Positions 12,823 through 26,177 of a stretch of DNA of 64,000 nucleotides are shown here, piece after piece; position 1 is the stretch's first letter; the number at the start of each line of letters is the position of its first letter. The notes under the pieces are model-generated. The model worked only from the letters and a program-made list of their open reading frames with translations, made no database searches and was not told where the DNA came from. Position numbers and translations under genes: made by a program. The DNA comes from Epiperipatus broadwayi (taxonomy: Eukaryota; Animalia; Onychophora), in assembly GCA_028023455.1 (NCBI GenBank), contig JAQFVV010000010.1, forward strand, positions 868,001 to 932,000, given 5' to 3'.

Positions 12823-13272
12823 ATGAAAGCATTGCAGTTTATTAAAAACAGAACCTGCCGTTTTGTTGGCAAATGTGTTTTGTTATTATTTATTGTAGCA
12901 TTTATATCATCAATTGTCTTATGGAAACTGCCAATGATAGTAGCTGCTATATTTGTAGTAACAATGGTGGTCGTATCTGTATCATGTTTAGTATTGGATC
13001 GGAAAGAACTAGAGTATGATGAATTCCATTCTGTAGTCACTGGCAAAGATGAATTTAGCCCATCTCTTCCTAATGATTCATCCTTTGTATCCCTTGTTAG
13101 AAATGAATCACCAAATCCAACATCTTACCCAATGCCAGAATCAATTTCAATCTCTCTTCCAGATGAACAAATGATAATAGTTCATGTTTCTCCAACCTCA
13201 GAGAATCCAGAATCTCCAAGTCATAAACATTCCATTAAGTCTCAACATATTCAATGGGCCTCATCTGTTTGA
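12823..13272 (+). CDS. Small two-transmembrane protein with Ser/Pro-rich C-terminal tail, probably a single coding exon
   Basis: 149-aa ORF with two adjacent hydrophobic helices (~14-34 and ~37-58) and elevated GC against the AT-rich flanks. An acceptor-like ttttaattgcAG ends at 12782, 40 nt before the ATG. Family not recognised. Confidence 0.6.
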   Translation: MKALQFIKNRTCRFVGKCVLLLFIVAFISSIVLWKLPMIVAAIFVVTMVVVSVSCLVLDRKELEYDEFHSVVTGKDEFSPSLPNDSSFVSLVRNESPNPTSYPMPESISISLPDEQMIIVHVSPTSENPESPSHKHSIKSQHIQWASSV

Positions 13273-13974
13273 TGAGAAAAAAAAAAAAAAATTGCTTGAA
13301 ACTCTAGTTTTATTTCATTTTCCAAAATGTAATAATTTTAGATATGAATAGTGATATTTTTATTAGATAAATCTTATAATTATAATGTGAAGTATTAAAT
13401 TCTTTTAAATGCTTTCATAAGTCAGAACTTATTTTAGATATCCAAATTCTCTTTTTTTTAAAAAAAAAGCTAATCTATAACTTATATATATAAAAAGATT
13501 GTAAATTTGAAATAGACCATGAAATTTGTGACATTTTAAGTATTTGATAAGACTGATAATGAATATTTTACAACAAAACACATTTATTATGAGTTAATTT
13601 GATTATTAACTTGATAGAAACCACCAAAATTTCTTAATGCTCTCATATATACTATAATATATTTATTTATTTATTTATTAACAATATATGTATATAAATG
13701 CATCATTATATCTCTATAATGTTTAATTGGATTCACATAGTTTTATAATAAAACGTTTTTATCTTGATTTTATTAATTATACTATTAACTATAGTAATAA
13801 ATTGAATTTCAATTTACCTGGATATCTTTTTCTAAAAATTATGTTGTTACTTTATTATTATTTATACATATACAATATTGGCATCAGAACAAACTATTTT
13901 ATTGTTTCAAAAATATATATTTATTAAATACTATGTGTACAAATTGAAAAGGATGTATACAAAGTTAAATGAGA

Positions 13975-14390
13975 TTATGCTATGTCCTGAGAGTTCTTAT
14001 TGAATGGTTTAGGGGGCCTGCATATCTACTGTTATATTGTTGTTAGCTGGGAGGGTGAATAGTGTCCAAGTGTCCTCTAAGAATTTTTGGAGATGAGCTC
14101 ATCTCTTTTCATGATCTTCTTTATTGTTTTGCAGAACAACAGTCCTGGATCTGTATGGGGCTGTTCCATTATCAACTTGCAATGTACTACCCAAATTGCA
14201 TAGAGGATGAAAGTGGACAGTCTAATAATTGTGAATGTTCCAGTATGGATCACTTTTTTGAGTGAGACAATCAGATGTGATCTGATATTGGAGTTGGCGG
14301 AGACTATATCTCTGACCGTTTTTAAGTTTGGACAATGATATATGAAGTATTCAATGGTCTCCTCTTCGTGTGAGCAATTCAAGATATGTT
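13975..14390 (-). mobile_element. L1/Tx1-like LINE 3' fragment (ORF2 zinc-finger end)
   Basis: CSHEEETIEYFIYHCP and IRLSTFILYAIWVVHC match the C-termini of the copies at 24.1-24.5 kb and 43.3-43.6 kb. Confidence 0.75.
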
Positions 14391-15487
14391 TATAGGAAGA
14401 TGTGAAATTTATTATTGATGTTGTTTTAATTTACTATATATATAATTAACATATACATGCACACACAAACATATATTAATTCATAATAACAGCAAGATAG
14501 TTAAATACGGTTTTTGCAAATAAATTTCTTAATCTATAATTATATAATGGACTATTCAAATCATTAGAATTAGGTATAAAATATCTTTATAATAATTCAA
14601 ACTTTATTTAAACTTTTTAAATACATTCAACTGTCAATAATATCCACCTAAACTATTTTATCAAAGGTAACAATCAGTAGAAATTTTAGATACTTATCTG
14701 TGAGAATATTCTTAACTCCTCCATTTTTTTTTCTTAAGTTACTTCTGAACATCATAAATAAATACACTAGGCTGTCTTATGTGCTATTTCCAATTATTAT
14801 GTAATAGTTTTTATGTTTTCAATATTTTTATCTTTTCCTATTCAAATATATGTTCATTGGTAAATACATGGTCTGATACTGATACTTTAGGTATATCTGT
14901 TTTTCTTCTTTAATTACTATGTTATGTTTTTTCATTCATTCTTTACACATTTGTGTGGTATTTTATAAATGCAGTTTTTGTTTTAAGCATTTCCAGTTTA
15001 GTTTGTAGAGATAAAGATTTCTTGTTGTATATTATGACTTTGGAAAGCTGCTCTGATATTATATTGATGGTAGATTTTCTTTAGTTTATTTGCTATTCCT
15101 GATATGAATGATTATACTACAATACCTATAATTATTTCTTCTTTTAATGTTTTTTAAGTATATTGAAGATTTTCTTAAAGATAATTGATAGATAACTAAC
15201 TATTCTTCATAGTAATTTGTTCTATGTAATACTTTTTTTAAAAAATCACTAGTTTCTAAACAAATTTCTTTTGCCTTGTTCCATAATGATAATTAATATA
15301 CTCCAATTTTTAAAAATATTTATGTTACATTAATTCTAGAAGATGGAAATATTCCAACATATAATTATAAATAAAATGCCGTCATCACTAAGGCTTTTAG
15401 CCAAAGACAAATCTCTTAATTATTTATTAATGTCAGATAGATATATATTTCAAGTACTTTCGATAGTATCACAAATTAAAATTATCA

Positions 15488-18400
15488 TATAAGATTTGCA
15501 TAAGTTGCTAACCTAAAATATTTGTAAAAGTGAAGAAATTTAAAACTATAGAAAGAGTAAATTGGGTTGGGGGCAGAGGGAGGTTAAAATCAAAGTAAAG
15601 TAGAAATAAACTTTAAATTAATTACTTCTAATCTATAATAAGTTTTACAAGAATAAAGATCTATTGTCATCAAAAGAAAACATTTCTGATAACAAAAGAG
15701 GTACTTGAGTATTAATCCAAAACTGTATATATTAATTAAATTTATAAAAGTTGGATTTTAATTACTTAAATAGTTAATCCACCTAAGATGTTTATATTCC
15801 ATCCTACTGGCTAAAATATTCCAAAAAGAACAAAAGAAGGGAAGATATATAAATTGTGGCAGAGTAGAAAGTTCTCTCTTCTTCCTTTCCTTTCCAAGAA
15901 TATAGGCTCCTGAAGGTCATCAAGCCAACTAGGGAATTAAGCAGGTTGCCTCAATCTTATGATTTTATATGCTTCAAGGGCCATATAGACTTAGGAAAAC
16001 ATTTAAAAGATAGTATGAAATTATATACTATTCTATAAGAATATTGGAGTTTAGACTGTAAGTAGATTGGGAACTAATGCTATCATATAGTCAATCACAG
16101 AAATATAATTTCTTACTCTGTTAAGAGTCTATAGAGTATATTTGTATAGATATTTATAAATACTGAATGTATTAAATTAATGGAATTATAAGTCATATTT
16201 TATGGCTTACTTGTGTTTATAATGCATACTTTAATTATTAATCTTATTACTTGAAAATCTGTTTTTCATAATAGATAATCAGAAATTAAAATATAGCAAA
16301 ATTATTGCATTTACATATGAATTTCAAACCAGTAACAAACTTTGCACAGTAATATATGAATTTTGAACCTGAGGATAACAAATTTGTGGATAACAAATTT
16401 GTCAGTCTGAGCTGATTTGTGTTTAAAAAGGCTTTATATAATAAAGTAATTTTACATGTTAAATGATCTGTTAAGGTGAGGAAAAAATGATATCATTTGG
16501 GCAACCTATATTAGTAAATTTGAGGTAAACAATACTGCCAAATGGTCATTATATATAATACAAATTAATAATGACTTTTAAGTTAAATATGACAATAAAC
16601 ATAAGATAGCAGCACTCTTATGCTTTTTATATAGGATGGTTATTGAAATAGCAAACAGATTATGTTAGTCTATTTTATCAGATGATGTATCTTATGAGGA
16701 TCTCAGCACATAGCTTGTTTAAATCTCAGCAACTGAAAGCAAGAAAAGAGTGAGAAAATTAAAGAATATAATGAAATTCTCATTGATCATTTGTTATGGT
16801 GAATGGTCCAGATAACAGCTTACAACTGAATCGTATTTAAATGTATAAGATGGCTATTAAAAAAGATATAGATTATGAGCTTATAATAGAACAAATGCTT
16901 GCTTTTCAATATAAAGCAGATGAGAGCTACAATATGGGTATTATATGACAAATAAACAAAGGACTAACTTGCAAAAATCAGTACACATGAATGAGGAAAA
17001 AAAATCATTTGTTATTGTTGTGAAAAAGCAGGTCATATTATTTATTAAAATATTACAGTTCAAAAATATGAAAAACAGTCTAAATGTGGACTTAAATGAC
17101 ATTTGGCCTATATATATAGGATATCTGATAATGGAAAAAGCCATATTAAAACCCAATTGCAGAAGAAGTAATGAAGCAAAACATCCAATAAATAATTTGT
17201 TAAAAACATGGAAATTATTGGAATGAAACATTTTATGACAAAATTGCAAAACTGTGAGAAAAATGTTAGCAGGGAAACAGATAATTGTTCAAGAATATCT
17301 ATAATGTCTGTAAAAGACTGGAATAAATTGTCAGATAGCTATATAAATATTTCAATAGAGAAGACAAATATTAAAATTCAAGATGTGAGTGAACATATGC
17401 TGAAGTTAGTCAAATTATCTATAATAAAATAAGAAATAAGTCTTATAATCAGTAGAGAGCGATTTCAACTAATAGGAATTTACATTAGTGTTATGAAAAA
17501 AAAAAATTGTTTGAACAGAAAATTCAAAACAAATATCTAATTTGTTTAATAAAAAAATAGGTACAATTTTAACTAGCCATATAAAGACTGGATTACTTGA
17601 AAATGCATTTGTGGCCAATCTGAAAAATTCCACTCACACAGAAAAATGAAGTGAAAAAGAAAATTGAGGGATTGGTTGCTAAGGGCATATGGACATAAGT
17701 TGAAATCAAAATTGGCTATGGTAATAACAAATCTAATGATCAGATCAAGATATGTGTTAATTATACAATAATGATAAATAAATATTTAAACAAAGCACAT
17801 TTCCAGTGCCAGTGAGAGAAATATTAGCTAGTCTTCAAAAGGCATCACATTTTGTAAAAGTTAACCATAACTTTACTTTCCATCAAATATGTATTTCATA
17901 CAGATCAGAATAAATATTTTCCCTGACAACCCCTGTTGGATTATTTAAATGTAATCAACTATTATTTGGTATTGCAATCGTACTGAACATTTTCCAGGCA
18001 AAAATTAATGCTTTATTACAAGGATTAAATGATATATTGTATTTTGGTAACATACATAAGAACAATGCCAAGGACTGTTTAAAGTATACACTAATTAGAG
18101 AAAATTAGGATCCCAAATTAAGTATACAGAAAAGGGTTTGGAACACAAAGAAATTCCTAGGGCATGTAATCTCAGACAAAGATAAATGATTATTGCCTGA
18201 GAAAGTATGGGCAGTGAAAAATGTGGTTAGACCCAGAAATGACTCCAGGCATTTATTGATCTGATAAATTATTATATATTTTTTTTCATAATAAGGCTAA
18301 AATAGCAAAACCATTCTATGAATTATTAAAAAAAAAATCAGAAGTAGAATTGGCTACAAATTTATGAAGAAACATTTTACAAACCAAAGCACTGCTGTCA

Positions 18401-21400
18401 CCTGAAAAATTATTTATTCATTGACCCAAGTACAATTAAAGACAAATTCTTCAGAATGAAAAGTGGAAGAAATTACATGTCATCTGTGTCATAATAATGA
18501 ATGATTTATTATTATACATCTAGAACCCATTAAAAATAGACAAATTATAAGCAAATTGACAAAGAAACATTTGCTAGTATGTTTGGTCTGCCAAAGCTTC
18601 ATTAATACTTTTCTGATCATTCTCTTTAAATAGTGACTGACCACAAGACATTATTAGAAATATTAGTGATTGATAAGCTAGCTCCAAACCACATGAATTC
18701 ATGTATTCTGTCAGCATACAATTATTAGCTGATATATTGCTGAGAAATTCAGATAAAGCTATTCCCATAGTAATGAAAATAGAAATAAACTCTATGGATG
18801 TATTAAACATAGAGAAAATTAATAGCAACACAATAGAAAAATGGACATGAGCAGATAAAGGTTTACCAGCTACTTAAAAGTTGGAAAAGGAAAGTTTGCT
18901 AAAAAAAACTGCAGAAACTTGTTCCAGCTTTTTGGATGAATTATAAAATTTATTGGTAACATAAAGATTGTGTGTTAATAGTGGATAGAGCTATCATGTC
19001 TCCTGAAGGTAGATAAAAAGTCTTAAGATTATTTATGAAGAGCATCCAGGAATTATACACCCTAAAGCATTAGCTTGTGGATATGTCTGGTGAATAAACA
19101 TAACAGCAAATATCGACAAATGTATTAAAAATGTATGACTTGCCACTCTGAAATGAATGTGTATATAATGTGGCCCAAGGCAGCTAAATCTTAGCAAAGA
19201 TTTCCTATAAATCAGGACCCTATTAATGGCAAAGTGCTTCTTATGCTCATGGATGTGTATTCTAAATTTTCAGAGTATCACATTCTAAAAAATACAAGTG
19301 CAGAAGACACAATAAAAAAATTTTATGCTACAGATTGCTGGAAATGATTGCTTCAGTTAATGGCACAGGATTTACTGCATAAAAAACTGAAGAATGCTTC
19401 ACAAATGAACATATCAAACACATCTGTATATCACCATACTCTCCAGAGTTGAATGGGTTGGCTAAAAATACCATTTAAAAAGTAACAAAAACACCATGCA
19501 TACACACTTACAGGAAAATCTCCAGTGGAACCGTTGATGGGCAGAAAATACCAAGTTAAATTGACAATATTAATTCCAAAAAAGGTTGAAAAAGATAAAG
19601 TTTGAATAGAAGACTTGCTTAAAAAGAAATGGTTAAAGAGTATAATCATGGGAAAATTATTCAAACAAGTTATAACATTTGTGAATAAATAATGAAACAT
19701 GAATGGAACAAATTCAAGGATAAAGTAATTACTCCAAATAAAAATCAGAATGAAACAAAATTTATGGAATCTAAATATCATGGTGGAAACTCAGCACAAA
19801 GAAATACCCATTGATGAAAAAGAAACTAATCTTTAGAAATGGAATAGATCACTGACATTCCAATGACAAAAATGAAGGTTGGAGAAATTGTAAGAGTATA
19901 TAGCATATGTAATGACCCATTTCTATAGTAATGGGAGAAATGAAATATTTTTAATACTGAACAAATTCTATACTAAAAAAAAACAATAAATTTTTGTGGG
20001 GATTAAGATAAAGTAAAAATAGATTTTGAATTCATTATTTCTAGTATTAAACACTTTGTTAAAATAAGTTTTACCTGAATAAGAGATATATTGTTACTGA
20101 AATGACAAAAGTAATTTAATTAATGCAAACTATATATATATATTATAACCTACAAGACAAATAAACACTCATGATAGTGCCAAGAAGTTGGGAATGCCAA
20201 ACTGTAATCTAAACAAAAGAAAAAGATCCAATTCATCATGAAAATTGTAAAAGCACTCCGCTTCCCGGTTGAGACAACAAAGAAAGTGCGTCTATACTAA
20301 ACTCTTTTACTTCAACTTGCAATTATTCTAAATTCTAGTGAAATTATAAATATTTAGTAAACTAATTTCTCAAAGTTTTATAAGAATAATATTTAATAAA
20401 TAATATGTTACTCAGGTTTTATAATAATCTGCTACTATTGAACTCTTTCTTTTAACAATAGAATCTCTACAACTAATGTTTCTTATTTCAAAACTTTAAC
20501 TCCGAATAATTCAATCTATGTGTTAATAATACGGCTAGAAAAATTAAATAAAATGGTTAAATAATAATTTTATCTCAGAATTAAATTAATAAATTCATGA
20601 ATATAAAATATGTTTATGCATTCTCGGATACGATAGTGTAAAAGAGTTTTTATGTGCACCATCTTATCCAATAATATTTCGCGTTACAGATAGCTGTTTT
20701 TTGTCGACCCCTGATTTTGATGCTCACATGATGCCTATGTTATGTTTTATTCTCCATCATGCACCGAGGTTTGTGGGATTTCCAGGAAGTTTCTATATAT
20801 TCTGCTGCTAAAAATATTAGTTAAGATTTTTAAAAACAAAATTGTTATAAGTCTTGATTTTCGGATTTGAAGACAAAACAATTTCGTAAAGATTTTTATA
20901 TTAAAAAAAAAAGAATCTAAAAATCTATTTCAGATATTTATTTTTCATATTAAATTAATTTTTTAATAAATAATTTATTACTTAAATTTTTTTTTTTTAC
21001 AAACAAAAATCTAAATTGATTAATTTTATCACATTTAAACATGTAAGCATCTACACACATACGCACACAACATAAAATATTAGGGCTGTTGATTTTACAT
21101 ATAATAAAAATATAATGTTGTACTTATAATCCTATTATCTATTTCTGAATTATTATTTAGTATATGTGTAGCATTTATTTTTGCTTTAATATAATCGACA
21201 TTTTTATTTCTTAATAAAATATAGCAAAGCAATCATATACGTTTGCTTTTCATACAAAATTTAGAAGTTTATCATTAAATTAGCTTATAAAACCATTAAA
21301 AATACTCTATAGGCTTTATAAATATTGATATGAGAGATTATAAAAATGTAATAATGATTAAATTTTATATTCTTTAACCAAATGAAAGTGATAAATACAT

Positions 21401-21970
21401 TTGCGTAACTATAAAAATCAAATTTATGATTGGCTTTAAATCCATAATAGCTAATTTACAGTATAAGTGTAATGTTACAATATATATATTAAAGTTATAA
21501 TAAAAGTTAGATCTAAACTAATTAAATTGTTACTTCATTTAAGAGGTCTATATTTCACCCGATTGGCTAAAATATTTCAGAAAGAACAAAAAGAAATATA
21601 AAGTGTAGTAGAGCTGAAAATTTTTATTCTTCATTTTTGAGAACATTTAAAAAGCTGACAATGGGAAAGAAGAACAGCGACCTTGACCTTAAGAAATTAT
21701 ATATTATCCTGTAAGTATATTAGAGATTAGACTGAAAATAATTTGAAGCAATGAAGGCATAGTCAATAACAGAAATATAATTGCTGAACTCTATCATACA
21801 TTTATAAATATTGAATGTATTCAGTTAATAGAATTGTAAGACATATTGACTCACTAGTTTATTGCAATCTTATGTTTATATTACATATTTTAATTGTTAG
21901 TCATACTCCTAGGAAATTTGATTTATCGCAAAAAATAAGCAGAAGTTAAGACATAACACTAATGTTATTC
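15488..21970 (+). mobile_element. Old Ty3/Gypsy (Mag-like) LTR retrotransposon, heavily decayed, 3' LTR interrupted
   Basis: Order is gag (from ~16350; zinc-knuckle remnant CCEKAGH at ~17015), protease (RETDNCSRISIMS..WNKL, 17208 ORF), RT/RH (LSAYNY..AD at ~18710) and integrase (HPGII..KALA.GYVW at ~19045; PY.P..NGLA at ~19435). The 5' LTR (~15488-16315) matches 19889-20143 plus 21480-~21970 at roughly 70-75% by eye. A purine tract (ggagaaat) precedes TG at 19889. Outer ends are approximate. Confidence 0.8.
20144..21479. mobile_element. ~1.3 kb insertion splitting the 3' LTR, possibly a solo LTR
   Basis: Termini are TATAAC and GTTACA (TGTAAC..GTTACA with one change), with ATAT on both sides inside a (TA)n run. 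LTR homology resumes right after it. The interior retains many CpGs (20240-20900). Confidence 0.5.
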
Positions 21971-22869
21971 AAGAATCTGCATCTTGAGTTAATAAAGGAA
22001 AAAGGTTTCTGGAAAATAGCCAAGAGAGATAAGTCATTTCACTTTCATAAATCAACTATATAGAAATGCTGGTGTTTAGAATTGTAGTAAATTTAAGCAA
22101 ATAGAAGAAGTTTGTAAATTATGAAATACTCAGATTTAATTAATCTTTGGATTAAAGAACTAATGATAATGATTTACAAGTTATATGCTATTGATGATAT
22201 ATAAATTATATGCTATTGTTCAAATTCTGTTCTGTAGTAATAATATATTTTGCAGTTACACGCTATTTTGCTGTAATTTATTATACAGTATTCCATTGTA
22301 GTATTGTTTTTTTTTTTAATTTATGTAATTCTTTGCTTGCAGATGTTAATATTTCTTATAATAGCTGTTTTTAAGCTTTTTTTCCCAATGATTTTATTCA
22401 AATGGTGTTTATCTTAAAAAATATATTTATTTATTTATTTAATGCAGAAAAAGAAATTTTCTTTTCTGACATAAAACAATTGTGTTGTTTGTTTTTTTTT
22501 ATCAAGTTCACTGTCTTAGATTTTTCTTTTTTTTTTCTTTTGTAATACAGTAATCTTTCTTTTATTTCAATTGCTCCACCATTCCCACATCCAGTGATCC
22601 ATATTTTAGAAAAGTATTAAATAATATATATATTGAAACAGTGTTTCATTGTCAAAACACAGGAAATAATCAGGAGGAACAGTTTATTAAAGCACACTTA
22701 AATTAGTTAAAAATTATTAATTTAAAAATATTAAGAAATTAATTATAATATACAATTATATATGTAAATATGTGTGTATGTATGAAAATAATTGGTACAA
22801 TTAATTTTAAGACAAATAAAATGGTAAAACATATTCAAAATTATAATCATTCAGAATAATAAAATATTG

Positions 22870-23355
22870 TTAAAAATATATTTGGGTACTTACATGTAAT
22901 TTCCTTTACTCCTTTTGCCAAAAGTTTGTGAGATGTTGTTTTTTTTTTTGTTTAATTGTTAATTTTCATAGGTGACAAAGTATTTATTTGTTTGCTTGTT
23001 TTTCTGAAAATTATTTTATTGCACATATTACTTGATAATTTTAAAGAATATTAACAAATATTATATAAATTAATATTTAATTTAAATAAATAATAATTTT
23101 TTATATAAATGTCATTCAGAATATTTAATTAATTATTTTTTTAGGTATATTATAACTTACAAATGTGAACATGTTGCCACCATTCCCATGATTTTTTTGT
23201 ATTTATTGCAGCATTTTCATTCAAGCTGGCATTTAATAATGTTTCCTAACATTTTGCAAAAATAATTAAAATTTAGAATCTACCAGTGAGACAAGATGCA
23301 GTGGAGTATTTTCAGAATTATGGGATAATGCATGCATTTGTCAAGCTGTTGCAAT
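22870..23355 (-). repeat. Copy A of an inverted duplicated segment with exon-like structure
   Basis: The reverse complement aligns with 30750-31505 (skipping the 31134-31367 hairpin). Shared blocks are 54 nt (23284-23337), a 38-nt GT..AG interval, then 85 nt (23161-23245) ending at a GTAAGT donor. Confidence 0.8.
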
Positions 23356-23545
23356 TGTTTTTTAAATATTATTATATTAAATATTCCATATAATTTTTTT
23401 TTAAATTAATTAAGATGATTATACAATACAAGAAATTACACAAAACTCCAGATGATTGTAATTGAATAAAATTTAATATAACTAATAAAATAAAAACATG
23501 ATGAAAAGAAAGTATAATTGTGGTATTCTAATTGCAATAAATATT

Positions 23546-25496
23546 ATTTTTTTTTAAATAACGATTTATTTAAATGATTTATATAATTTTATACAATGAA
23601 GATTACATGAATACCAAGCAATGTCCATAGCCAAATGAGAAGTGGATATATACATGAATGTTGGATCAACGCTTCAGTAGTATTCTAGATTGGTCCATAC
23701 TTTGTCCCAGTTGAACAATTATGTATGCCTCATTGAGCATTGAAAGGCACGTCCAAATTTATAATGAGTATAGGTTTAAAGTCAAGATGCGAAGCATAGG
23801 CTAAGTGGGCTGGGAGAACACTGACAAGGTCATTGCTTCACTCCCAATCCGTCAGTCCGAGCCCAAGCATCCCGAGATCTGTCCGTCACTTTCTTATAAG
23901 TTAAGCTATTTAGATCGTGATTAAATTTGTCAACTTTTATTGTTGAGGTAGATGGTGTGATCAATCCACTAATTGGTAGTCTTTAGATAGTATGGTAGAG
24001 TTCCCAAATATATGACAGTTCATTTTGGTATTACATTGATGAGGCGAGACTCATATTTGATCATTGATATCTTTGTAATAATCAGTGCACCAGCATGGAG
24101 GTGCCGGCCCAGGATTGTTGATACAGCCAATCCAGAGCAAGCATTTTATCTCTGATATTACCCTTGATGAGTGTTTTAAATACTTGAAGGGTACTGGTGT
24201 TCGCATTGCCCAGAACAAAACTGCATCTCATTAGCGAGATGGCGAAGAATAGGAAAATTGCTAATCTAATGTTAGCAAAATTGCCAGCTTTAATTGCTTG
24301 CTGGATTAAGAATGTGTCTTTAGAATAGCGTTTTACCTTTTTGTCAATGAAAGACCCAAGAATGCTGAGTGATGGACAATCTAGAAAAATGTGTTGAATT
24401 GTTTCCTCATCGCTCTGACAGAGTTGACATTGAGAGCTAATTTTGTTGAAACCCCTCCTCATTACGAGGAACTGATTAGTGGGTAGTGATGAGAGGTTTA
24501 ATTTCAGAAGAAAATCAATAAATTTGGGTTCCAGAAACTAATGTTTGGCTTTTTTGATCAATAATTTGTTTTTTAATCCAAGAGCATTATGTAGAGGTGA
24601 GGGACAATCTTTCTTTAGCCTATAACTTTTCCAGTAGGACTTTTTTTTCATTGAAAATGTTTGGAGTTAAGTTAATACAGCCATTGACATGTGTCCAGAT
24701 GTCAGTCAACTAACCTTTACTATGGGGAGGTGGCGTATCAGTAGGTTGAAATTCTTGGATTAAATTTGTATAGTCCATTTCCAGTGAATGGTTGTGTAGC
24801 AGATTTAGTGATTTTTGCAAATATAATGTAGCAACCGAGTGTAGACCAAGACCGTTCAGTTCTCTAGGCATTTGGGCCTTTGCCAAGCTTATGGCCCCAA
24901 CCTTCCTTTTCCACAATAGCTTAGTACATAATGAGCCCATTTGTTTACCGAAGATTTTAGTAGGCTTGATGATTGGTAGATAGTAATTGAGTCTTGAAAA
25001 CACTAGCATGTTAAGGAGTGCGATTTTACCCGGAATTGAAAGCAAAATACTAGAGAGAGTGTTGATTGTTTTATTGGTTTTTTGAAGGACTGAATTTTGT
25101 ATTTACCTAGTCATGATAGTTTTTGTTTTTGCCATGGGGAATCCTAAAAAAAGCTGTGGCTTGGCTGTGAATCTGGATGGAATTGTTCCTGTTTTAATTC
25201 TCCAGATGGAAGATTTGCTATTGTTAATTTGGAAGTTTAATATTTTGGCATGCTTGACAATAATTGTGAAGAGTGTTGGAAGATGAGTTCGCTGGGAAGA
25301 AAAATGGTAACATCGTCCACATAGATGTGGTTGATTTGTTTTTTGATGGCGGGAAAATAAATGCCTGGCAAGATATTCTCTGTGTCATTGAGCATGGAGT
25401 TGATATAAGTTATAAAACATAGTGATGCTAGGGGAGAACCCTGTGGAATCGAGATGTGAGGTCTAAAACCTGTAGACAACCTTCCACAATAAATAT
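23546..25496 (-). mobile_element. L1/Tx1-like LINE, 5'-truncated, with 3' UTR and poly(A)
   Basis: SIPQGSPL, HIYVDDVTIF, LLNMLVFSRLNY..P and CQLCQSDEETIQHIFLDCP in broken frames. AATAAA plus an A-run at the 3' end (~23546-23570). Confidence 0.9.
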
Positions 25497-26177
25497 TTTA
25501 GTATAAAAAATAGTGATAAAAATACTCCAGAAAATAAATTTAAATGTACTAATTAATGACAATGGAAACTGTTTTAAGAGCTTACAAAAATAGTAGATCT
25601 GGAAAGTGAAATTAATTAAATGTTTTTTGAAAGGCATTTTAAGGAATGAAAAATTGCTGACAAGAGAACAATTAAACTGAAAAATATAAAAACTTGGGAT
25701 TGTACATCTAAATGCTCTTTTTCTCCATTTGTGTTGGTGAAATGCTATTGTGCTCACAACAAGTATTATCAGTAACCAGTCAACATCTACGAGGAAATAA
25801 ATCGAGATGTTTTGGAATCTGTAGATATAAAAATCTGACTAGTATTTAAAGCAGATTGTCCTGATCTTATTTTGTTTTATGTAAGCCTAAATGGTTCTTA
25901 GGTTTTAACTTGGGGAACTTATAATTATTAAGCATAGTTCTGGAATAGTCAATCCATTAAGTAAGACAGTAATTGTTGGACAATATTGAAAGAGTGTTTA
26001 AAGATTTTTAGAACTCTGTGATCATTTATTTGTCTGTATATAAATTATATTTAAGCTTCTATATATATTCTAGTTTTGTGTTTGTATAATGTATAATAAA
26101 CCCTTAGTACTTAAGTTAGTTTTAGTTATTAATTAATTGTGGTTTTCTCTTTGAGAGTTGTAAGTAAATATACAACA
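25497..26177 (+). repeat. 5' LTR (TG mutated to TT, ends CA), followed by PBS-like TGGCACAGTTGG at 26181-26192
   Basis: Aligns to 29950-30701 and lacks ~75 nt present in the 3' LTR. Confidence 0.92.

Noticed and set aside
12681-13046. 121-aa minus-strand ORF and other antisense or overlapping ORFs (4074, 4566, 24792, 43336, 51187, 59156)
   Set aside because: Shadows of the opposite-strand coding or retroelement frames.
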